Below are positions 11,508 to 21,685 of a stretch of DNA of 64,000 nucleotides, piece after piece. The stretch lies in NCBI GenBank assembly GCA_964188305.1, contig OZ076896.1. One strand, given 5' to 3'. The position numbers and the translations under genes were made by a program. The notes beneath the pieces were generated by a model. The model saw nothing but the letters and a program-made list of their open reading frames with translations. It was not told where the DNA came from and did no database searches. The stretch is from Podarcis bocagei. Taxonomy: Eukaryota. Position 1 is the stretch's first letter. The number at the start of each line of letters is the position of its first letter.

Positions 11508-11691
11508 GTAGATGAAGGGATGCTCATCTATGAGCATGCAAATAAGGAGGCAGTTTATTGGAATGCACAGGATTCTTTTACCTTTACAGTCTCCTCCCCA
11601 CCAGCAGCTCTGGATCTTCAGGTGTTCCTCATTAATATTTCTTACGAAATTAAAGGACATGATCAGACCTCTCAGCTACTTGCAAATACAG
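11508..11691 (+). CDS. CSPG4B: CSPG4B-like penultimate coding exon
   Basis: Polypyrimidine tract plus cAG acceptor and GTAAAA donor, 184 bp, phase 0 to 1. Encodes VDEGMLIYEHANKEAVYWNAQDSFTFTVSSPP...SQLLANT, which matches CSPG4 VYAGNILYEH...W.AHDT..LSSPP. Confidence 0.92.
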
Positions 11692-11862
11692 GTAAAACCA
11701 GTATATTGTTTTCAATCACATTTGTATGATTGAGGAACTCACGACAGCTCACATGAAGTTACCCCTTTCTCTCTCATAAAACTAGAATCTCAGGCCATTT
11801 AAGGAAGCTGAAAGTTTGACAGTGAGCAAAGTACTTCTTCACACAGTGCACAGTTAAACTAT

Positions 11863-12243
11863 AGGACGCGGGTGGCACTGTGGTCTAATCCACTGAGCTT
11901 CTTGGGCTTGCCGATCAGAAGGTTGGTGGTTTGAATCCCCGCAACAGGGTGAGCTTCCATTGCTCTGTCCCAGCTCCTGCCAACCTAGCAGTTCAAAAGG
12001 AGGAAGTGCAAGTAGATAAATAAGTACCACTCCGGCGGGAAGGTAAACGGCGTTTCCGTGTGCTCTGGCTTCTGTCATGGTCCTCCTCCACGCACCAGTA
12101 GTGCTTTATTCCTGCTGGCCACATGACCCGGAAAGCTGTCTGTGGACAAACGCCGGCTCCCTCAGCCTGAAAGCGAGATGAGTGCCACAACCCCACAGTC
12201 GCCTTTGACTAGACTTAATCACTCAGGGTCCTTTTTTTTTTAT
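11863..12243 (+). mobile_element. Sauria SINE inserted in an older CR1 fragment
   Basis: tRNA-like head (ggacgcgggtggcactgtgg...ggtttgaatcccc) and Sauria core. TSD AGTTAAACTAT at 11852-11862 and 12244-12254. CR1-like flanks continue on both sides. Confidence 0.9.
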
Positions 12244-12971
12244 AGTTAAACTATGGAATTTTCTTGCATAAGATTTAGCCACCAGCCTAGATGGCTTTAA
12301 ATGAGGATTAGACAAACTCATGGAAGATGAGAAACAATGACTTGCTCTACTGCCAATGTCTATATATCTGGTTGCTGGGAATCTTTAGTGGGGAGAGTGT
12401 TCATGTACCGAGGTCCTCATTGTGGGCTTCCCACAGGTGTGTGGTTGGGCAGAGAACTGGAGGCTAGACAAGATGGGCTTTTGGCCTGATTTTTATGGTC
12501 TTAGGTTCTTTTTGTCTTCACAACTACTCAGTGAAGTAAGAGGAATGAGTGGCTCAAGGTCATTTCATGTATGTGCAGGGACTAGAGCTCAAGTTTTGCT
12601 GATCAAATTTGAACACTTATCTTACTGGGTCTCCTATTTATTTTGGCTAGTTAGAGCAACTCCTCTGCGCAAATTGTTAAAAGTGTGATTTGTTTTCTTC
12701 CATTCCAATGGCAAACTAAGTAAATGGCTACTTCTTTCCCAAGATTTCCTAAACTCGTTCTCCCCCTGCTGCCCCCACATCTCCTTTTTTAAGCCTTTTG
12801 TCTAGTTTCTGTTTTGGAAATTACAGATCCTGCCTCAGATAGAAAGAACTTCAGAGAGACATTTGTGTTTCCCTACTCATTAAAATATTATAATCTATCA
12901 TAGCCCTCTAAATCATGATTTCTTGCTACTGTGAATTAAAACTACTTTTTCTTTCTTTGAAAAAACAATAG

Positions 12972-15019
12972 GTGCTGTTGTCCATGAAGGAGGCAAGGTT
13001 TTAATTGACAAAACTAACCTAGATGGTTCAAATTTGCTCTTTAAATTACCCGAGATGCAACGTTCTGCATATGAAGTATGGTATCAAGTTATTTCATTGC
13101 CCCCGCATGGCAGAATTGTGGTGGGAGAAAGAAACATTACTAAGGAGAAACCCAATTTCTCCCAATACATCCTTAACAAATTTGGAATCACCTATATACA
13201 TGATAACTCTGAATCACTCATGGACCAATTTATTTTTGCTGTGTGGCTAAACCAGAAAGGCAAGTCTGCCGTAAAACCCGATTATGGTGTTTTAGAAGAG
13301 ACATTTAATATCACTGTTGTGCCCGTGAATGACCACACTCCAGAGCTAAAGACAAAGCAGCTACATTTGAATGTTTTACAAGGAGATACGGCAGTTCTAG
13401 GACCAGAAAACCTGAAAGTGGAAGACTTGGATAACACCCCGGAAGAGATCAAATACACTATCATAAGCAATCCCCCAAATGGCTACCTAGCATTGCAGAC
13501 GCAGCTCAACGAATCCATCAAGGATTTTACCCAAGCTGATGTCGATGGTGGCAGAGTCTGGTTTGTGCAAGATGGAACTTCTTCCTCTGGTGTCTTCTAC
13601 TTTAGCGTGACAGATGGAAAACACCGTCCACTGTACAAGCTTTTTAACCTTGAGGTGACACCCATGGCCGTCACCTTGGTCAACCTAACAGAGGTGGTGC
13701 TTTCACAAGGGCAAAGCAGTGCCGCTATTACGAATGTACACCTTTCGGCGACCACAAATGGGAGAAACGCTGAGATCAGTTTTGAAGTAACAGAACCCCC
13801 CAGATATGGGCATTTATTGATTGGCAATGAGCGCGTCACCAGGTTTTACCAAACCGATTTATATGCAAGTAGACTAGTGTATTGTATGACGGACCTCACC
13901 ACAACTGGAGATAGGCTGGGATTCACGGTGTTCACGTTGGACAGTAATCTAACGGGACAAGCTATGAACATCACGATCCAGCCTCTTGTGCGAACGGCAC
14001 TTGGCTTGAACATTCCAAACAGGGCGGCTTACCAGCTAAAAGCCAGCGACCTGGATGCTTCACAGCTGGCAAACTTGACAAACAGCAACCCCAAGTTTGA
14101 AGTGATGGTGCCTCCAGCTTATGGGAAAGTGCTAAGGAGGTCATTAAGCAATTCTAAAAGTGAAGCTGCATTCTTCACACAGAGCGACATCGACAAGGGT
14201 GCTATATTCCTCGAGGCAGATGCCAATATGACAGGGGTTGATTTATTAAATGATTCCTTCACATTTGTACTCAGAGCCGACAAAGTGCAGCCTGCCATGA
14301 GCCAGTTTCACTATGCCATAGTGCCGCATGATCCCTCGCTGATTCAGATGTTTACACCGGAAGTGCCTCTCTTAACTACTAGTGCAAACATTTTAAAGAC
14401 TTACACCGTTACAAAAACTGAACCTATGATTTTTCCAGAGGGTGACGGGCACACTGAAGGACCAAGCCACACTCCGTGGCATAACCAAAATCACCAGGGG
14501 CATCAAAACGATAAAGAGGCATGGTTTAATGAGGAGGTTGCAAAAGGCAAATCTGCCTGGGCTGAGACCACCATCAAAACAAGCTCCAGAAGCACCTGGG
14601 TTCAGTCCCCTCATAGCAGCAACCGACTGCTCATCATTGTACCGCTCGCCGCTGTGGCAGTTCTGTTCATTGCGAGTGCGGTGGCCATTTGCATCTTCCT
14701 AATGTGTCACAATCCCAAAAAGACCAAGCCTCTCGTTGCAGGTCAGCCGCCAGCAGCTCTCGGCAGCCCAGGCTTTTGCCAGGAAAGGCGTTTGACTGTC
14801 CCTGCGGTCACAATGACACCCCTGCTAGAAGGTGCAGGCAAAACAACCACCTTCCCGTTCATGGCGGTCAGACGGGAGCATCTTCATCCTGTGCCAGTTG
14901 CCCCAGCTCCAGCCAAAGAAAGTCTTCTGCAAAGCAGCTGGTCTAGACTTGACCCGGAAATGATCCAGCACTGTCGGAAAACCAACCCAACTTTGAAGCG
15001 CAACCAGTATTGGGTCTAG
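12972..15019 (+). CDS. CSPG4B: CSPG4B-like terminal coding exon: CSPG repeats, stalk, TM helix (~14627-14704) and cytoplasmic tail ending NQYWV
   Basis: tAG acceptor at 12970-12971, in frame with ORF 13034..15019. Contains several CSPG repeats (FTQADVDGGRVWFVQDG, FTQSDIDKG), hydrophobic LLIIVPLAAVAVLFIASAVAICIFLM and the NG2-family PDZ ligand QYWV*. The five exons total 2733 nt = 911 codons. It lacks the RKRNK juxtamembrane motif of canonical CSPG4, hence the CSPG4B call. Confidence 0.96.
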
Positions 15020-18000
15020 TGTGCCATTGCATCAACTGAGGGACATGTGGGCTTCTGCCATTTTGACACTGGGTTGCTTTTGATGGTGTGTATTTATTTT
15101 AGGTTAAAATATGCATTCCCTGGTTGTTGCCTCATTAGAAGCCCTGGCAGGTCAAGTGAATATCTTAGTGGGCTTTCAGCTAGATCAGGGTTGGAGAACC
15201 TCAAACCCTGGGGCTGAATGTGGCTATCCAGGCAACTTTACCTGGCTTCTGGGACTCTCCCCAACCACCCTCCTCCCTGAGTCTGTTTGCCTGGCTAGAA
15301 TGGGTCCTTGAACTCTGAAAAGTTGTCTGGATGGAGGGCAGAGAGGGATGTGTGAGGATGTGTAGAAACAAACATAGGACTCAGCTACGTTCGTAGATAT
15401 AAAGCGCTTTATATGTGTTAACAACACTGTGACGCCAGATGGCACTGTGGAGTCCCGTCTTTTGCCAACGGGATTTCCCTGTATGAAGTTTACAACGCGT
15501 TTAACCGAATTGCTTCTTTGATGTGTCTCGATCCAGCCCTACAGTACAGAAGTAGAATTAGCATGCCTTGTTCCACCCACGTCCATTCCTGGCTTCCAGC
15601 CACCACTGGCATGTGGCCCTGAAGGGAAGGTAGCTTTTTTAAAAAAAGGTAACTCACCCCTGAACTAGATACTTAAGGCCCAATCTTGTTGGTCAGTGTA
15701 CAAGCAAAAAACAACAACCCAGAAAGAGGCCCAGGGGCCACTTCATCCCACTTTGGGTGGCTTGGCAGTATTGGGGGAATATCTAAGATGATATGCCTAC
15801 TTCCCAACATGCCTCAGTGCTATTCTGCTTGGAGCAGCTGGTATTTCCAGAGTTAGTGCATGCAAGAGCTCTTGCATGAGGGTGAGGAGCCTTTCTTCTG
15901 TTGAGTACTGCATTCTCTCAAGTGTTAACCACCACATGCTAGGGGTAGTTTGGGCTTGAGCCAGAAGTGGGCAGAGTCAGACCTGAAATGAGTGAACCTC
16001 TCCTTTTCTCTCTCTCTGCCACCTTTTCTTTTGGTTTCTGCCCCCCCTTCTCTCAATCACTTTCCCTCTTGCTACCCGCCAAGACTTAAGCAGAGGGCCC
16101 ACATCCCTGTCTTACATAGTATAGAAATAACCAGGGACAGAAGTGTCCTAAAGGCAAAGGTAGTTTAGAGGCTGAGGTTAGGGCTTAAATGGTGAACTGC
16201 AAGGAGGGTGTATTTTGGGGTCTCAGAGCTACCCTAAGTCACAGCAGGGAATTGGTGCAACATTCTGATAAGCACTGTGAAGCTTCCAGATTGGCCAGGC
16301 TTTTGCCTTGTCAACAGATGTTGGAACGAAGATGGAGCCTTGATATCTAACGTGACTTGCAGGGTTTGTACCTGCCATAGTTTGCTGGTTTGGCTGTAAT
16401 GGCAAGTTATGGTTTGCCCCAAACTAGGAAGTTACGAATCAAGTGGAGCACACGGGGAAGAAGGGCGTGTGCAAACACAGGGCTTTTTCAAGTATTGCCA
16501 AGCTATGGTTTGGTGTGACAGCCAAACCATAAATATCTTATCAATCACACAATACTTTGTATCCTTCTATGCACATTTGTAGACTTAGGGTTCCATGGGT
16601 AAAATATCCAATTTTTGACTCGAGAGTCTCTATTTTCAGAAAAGTGTCCATTTTGTTACTTTTGCAATCAGCTGGGGAATGTGTGCAAATGCTTCTATGC
16701 AACAATTTAAAAAAAAAATCGAACTTGATATCAGTAATTTTGCACCCTCTCTCGTATACCGAGCCGACTTTCTTCAAAAAGATGTGGATATTCTCCTCCC
16801 CCACCAAAATAATGGGCCTGGTGCTAATCTCTACCACATCCTTCTGACCTTTGCACAATTGGAAGGCACAATTGGAAGACAAAACAGTGTCATTGTGATT
16901 TTGAAAGGTATTTGTTTAGGTCTGTGAGCAAGGAAGCCACAATTCTCTTGAGCAGATGAAATGGATGGCATAGGGAATGTGCTGTCGTGAGCCTTCACTG
17001 CTTTGTATGTTTTTCGTTACAAATGCTGAACGTAGTTAAAAAATACATGCTTCACCTCTCATCCATATAGCAAATCTGCATGGCCGTCGGCCAGTCTGCA
17101 GCATTATCTTTTATGTTTATGCCTTAGTCTAGAGCAATATATCCTCTTGTATATTGCCAAGCCTGGGCCAAAATTCTGTCTCAAGTTGCACAAAATAAGA
17201 ACTGATTTAGCTTGAAACAGGTTCAATAAGAGCTCTGCATCAGAACAGCAGAAATGAAGCTGTTTTGTTGTATCACATTATCTGTTCTTCGGACTACTAT
17301 ATGAAGTTGAAACAGAAATACACTGTAAAACGCAGCAACACTTACCACAAGTCTGTAGAGTCAAGTGTGAGCCACCCGTCACATACTACAGTCTGCCAGG
17401 GACTTGACGTCCAGTTTCTCTTGTCCTAAGTTGCCAACAAGATATACCTGGTGGTCTGTGTTCAGCTGTTGGGTTATGCACTGTGGGCCACTCTGAAAAT
17501 TTCAGTTTTTCATTTTTCCGATCTTCAGTTTCCCACATTTCCTGAACAGTTTGTGAATTTTCTTGTGAATTTTATTTTTAGTCTTCATGAAAATTCACCA
17601 GCCCTTTAGTGTGAATTTCTCCCAATATGCTTAGTTTTATTAAGCAATTTCCCTCAGTATAATGCATTTTCGTTTGTTATTTTCACAAAAACATGTTCTT
17701 CTATGCACCCTGGTGCATGCACCCCCCCCAAATCATTACTTGACAGGTGAACTGCACTGGAAAAAATTAGAGAAATGTGAATTTCAAAGGATGGCTGAGT
17801 TTTAGTTCACATATTGTTTTAGAAAGCGCAAATTAGGTTTGCCTATAAAGGCAAACTGGATCAAATTTCTCCCCCACCCCTAGTTGTGAGGGCCTGGTGC
17901 CATTCATGCTTAAAATACCACAGAAGACTTTGCTGCACAGTCAGTGCATTATTTCATTCTTGTTTGGTTGAAATTGCTGCAAGCTTTCAGTTATCATTTG

Positions 18001-18198
18001 TAAGGAAAATACGTTTTTTTTAAAAAAAAATCAGGTAAGCTTTATTTGAAATGTTAAGGAGAGTATTTCTTCTAGAAATCATAACTTAAAGCTTGCAACA
18101 GTGTGATTTAGCTACCAAAGGGTCCAACCTTTACCTCTGCTTTAGATATTGACAAAATGCGTGCTGGTTTCAAAAGGTGCAGAAATGAGAGGTGACTT

Positions 18199-18279
<81 letters not shown>
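18199..18279. repeat. (GT)n(GA)n compound microsatellite
   Basis: Directly visible in the sequence. Confidence 0.95.
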
Positions 18280-18284
<5 letters not shown>

Positions 18285-18344
18285 ACTTAATAATACATCA
18301 GAATATGTAAAAAGGCAAAGTAGCTTTGGGACAGTCAGTTGGTT

Positions 18345-18693
18345 AAGGTAAGGTAAAGGGACCCCTGACCATTAGGTCCAGTCATGGCTGACTCTGGGGT
18401 TGCGGCACTCATCTCGCTTTATTGGCCGAGGGAGCCGGCATACAGCTTCCGGGTCATGTGGCCAACATGACTAAGCCGCTTCTGGCAAACCAGAGCAGCA
18501 CACGGAAACGCCGTTTACCTTCCCGCCAGAGCGGTACCTATTTATCTACTTGCACTTTGATGTGCTTTCGAACTGCTAGGTTGGCAGGAGCAGGGGTCGA
18601 GCAACGGGAGCTCACCCCATCACGGGGATTCGAACCGCTGACCTTCTGATCGGCAAGTCCTAGGCTTTGTGGTTTAACCCACAACACCACCCG
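18345..18693 (-). mobile_element. Sauria SINE (in the putative 3' UTR)
   Basis: Reverse complement of the 34451-34818 copy, with an (ACCTTT)n-type tail. Confidence 0.9.
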
Positions 18694-19710
18694 ACATTTC
18701 TCATTTCAAAAAGTAACTATTCTCATCCCAAGATGTACGTGTCTAGACCCACGCATGGCACTGAGCTGCTATCGTTTTCTTGTTTTAAAAGAAAAGCAGT
18801 CTGCATTGTTGCAAGTCACAGCTTGCCATACACCGGAACTGCTGTTGCATTGAGAAATCTTTCCAGGCTGCTATGTGCTGTTGGTACAATGCCACAAAAG
18901 TCGAAAACATTTAGGCTCCACTGATTGCAAGCGGAAAAAGGAAAACAAATGAAATTAATGAAATGGGAAAATGTTGCATTCTGGCTGGATTTTATTTTTT
19001 AAAACTTGTAATACTGCAGCCATAAAAGTGCAGGAGGGAGAAATTAAGACTGATTAATCCCCTCCCACATCTAGTACTTTGCTGGTTTTGCACTGGCAGT
19101 GTGGAAGTGAAAGTATACTCTTGACTCTTGAGCTCTTCTGTCCTCTTACGTTTTTATTGGATTTACTGAATTCCACCATACGAGCTTCGCTGCTGGTGTA
19201 GTTTCCTTCCTGAATTGTTTTTGGGGGAGGAGTCACAGGACTGGAAGACTTGGGATCCTTGGGATTCGTGCTTTGCCCAGATCTGTCCCCAACACATACT
19301 CCCTGTTAGTTTCTATCAGCGCTGGCATTCTGATTTCAGGGAAGGCAAGGGTTGTGAAAGTTTCTTTGGTAACGGGAAACGGGATATATGGGGTTGGGCC
19401 TCGCTATGTGAAGGCAAGCTTCTCTATTTGTCCTCAGAGGAGGAAACCCACCCCATCTCATGGTCCAGGTAGACATTTTCCCATGAATTGCAAGATAAAT
19501 TGTTCCTTGCCCCCTGCTGCTTTTTGTAACACTGGGATATGAGAATAGCGTTTGATTTCCAAATACCTGCCAAAATCACAAAGCTGTTATGTGATAAATT
19601 GGCTTTTATACAGAAAGTATATTTTATACAAGGAAAATGTATGTTGCAAAATAATTTATGAAAAAGTGAAACTGTAATGTAGAAATGCAATATGGTTTTA
19701 TTCCTCTGCA

Positions 19711-19716
19711 AATAAA
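19711..19716 (+). terminator. Candidate polyadenylation signal of the CSPG4B-like gene (~4.7 kb 3' UTR)
   Basis: AATAAA preceded by an AU/UGUA-rich stretch (19500-19710) and followed by GU/U-rich tcctttgtctttttgt. Not confirmed by transcript data. Confidence 0.4.
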
Positions 19717-19937
19717 ATCTAACGTCAAGTTCCTTTGTCTTTTTGTAATTTGTAGCACATACTGAAATCTTGGTAGGTTTTGCCATATATTATGTGCATT
19801 ACATTACATCCATGCTACTGGAGGTGGCACATATTATAGCCATGTCTTCCATTGATCCCGGGGCGAGGACACATGTATGTATTATTGAGGCTCCAGTTAC
19901 TCCTTGCACCTGTTCTGCTGTCTTATTTATTGCTGTA

Positions 19938-20245
19938 CAGTGGTACCTCGGGTTACATATGCTTCAGGTTACATACGCTTCAGGTTACAGACTCCACTAA
20001 CCCAGAAATCATAGAATCATAGAGTTGGAATAGACCACAAGGGCCATCGAGTCCAACCCCCTGCCAAGCAGGAATAGTGCTTCAGGTTGAGAACTTTGCT
20101 TCAGGATGAGAATAGAAATCGTGTGGCGGTGGCGTAGCAGCAGCGGGAGGCCCCATTAGCTAAAGTGGTGCTTCAGGTTAAGAACAGTTTCAGGTTAAGA
20201 ACGGACCTCCGGAACGAATTAAGTACTTAACCCGAGGTACCACTG
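19938..20245. mobile_element. Tc1/mariner (Tigger/pogo-like) MITE family A with a CR1-tail insertion at 20010-20072
   Basis: TIRs CAGTGGTACCTCGGGTTA/TAACCCGAGGTACCACTG and TA TSD. It has a 63-bp insert relative to the 32991 copy. Confidence 0.92.
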
Positions 20246-21448
20246 TACTGTCAAATTAGGGGTGCCAACAATTCATTTGCTGTCAGAATGGGACCATGAT
20301 AAGGCATTGTGCCCCTTTGAGGCAACATGAATCCTGGTCCACATGAATCCTAGTCCAAGCGAACATAATTCTGAGCCGTCTTATCTGAAGAGTCACAGAT
20401 CCCTGTGATGTGGATCTGCTGGAAGGTGGCACAACTGAGCTGAATCCATTCCCTTCTGAGGTTGTGCCAGGGCGCTGACAACCTAGGAAAGACAGATTGC
20501 AAATCAAAGAGGGGCATAATTTAGCATCCTAAGATGTGTAATTCCTCCTTGAACAAAGCACACACTCTCCCCAAACATCCCTCACCCGTATGAAATCCGA
20601 GCAATCCAAGCAGAGCCGCTTCTTGCTGAAAATAATTGTCACGACAAACACAATGGATGCTGTATTAATCAAAACTTGGTTCGAAATGAAATGAAATAGG
20701 CAGCCCTTGCCAAAACTCCCCATAAAAGTTCAGTTTCAGCACAAAGCTTTCTTTCATTGCAGTCGGTGGAACCCCTGGCTATAGAACTGTCTGTGGGGGA
20801 AAGACTGTGTGGCAAAGTCTTTGACATGTTCCTTTTCTCCACTTCTAGAGCTGCTTCCTTGTTCCTCGTTCCTTTGCTGCAGACGTTATACCTACTGTGT
20901 GTGTGTGCAAATCCCACTAACCGCTGATTAAGCTGTTTGTTTGCGAGTTGAAAGGTTTAAGCTGAGTAATGTTTCCTTGACCTCGCGCGGTATTTGAGAC
21001 GTAAGTCTCATGCGAGGCTGGAGGGAAGGAGACGGGGAAGATTAAGTGCTGGAATGGCGCTTTGCTGGGTGTTTTTCAAACTTCTTGGAAAGGAAACAAG
21101 TGACTGAAGGGCTACGTGAAATGCACGGAATTTGTTGCAGATGATTGATGCTAAACCCCATGTATGCTGCAGAGTAATCCCAACATGATTTGTGTATAAC
21201 ATACCGTGTAAAATACTTAGAACATTAAAAGAGAGAGAGAGAATCAATGTAGAGAAATTTGAAGCACGCCATGTTTAGTGAACAAAAGGTGAAGAAAGGG
21301 CTGCATTCAGAGGAGTAGATTATCATAGATTCATAGAGTTTGAAGGGACCCCAAGGGTCATCTAGTCCAACCCCCCCCCCAGATTGTGGCAGCATGGTGT
21401 AGCAGTGGTTGGAGTGTTGGGCTGGGACCCAGGAGACCTGGGGGTGAG

Positions 21449-21685
21449 CAAGCCAGTGTGGTGTAGTGGTTAAGAGCGGTAGTCTCGTAATCTGGGGAAC
21501 CGGGTTCACGTCTCCACTCCTCCACATGCAGCTGCTGGGTGACCTTGGGCCACTCTCAGCCCCACTCACCTCACAGAGTGTTTGTTGTGGGGGAGGAAGG
21601 GAAAGGAGAATGTTAGCCGCTTTGAGACTCCTGAAGGGGAGTGAAAGGCGGGATATCAAATCCAAACTCTTCTTCTTCTTCTTCT
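21449..21685 (+). mobile_element. tRNA-derived SINE (Squam3-like) with (CTT)n tail
   Basis: A-box tggtgtagtgg, B-box-like ggttcacgtc and a CTT tail. Homologous to 36167-36545. Confidence 0.8.
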
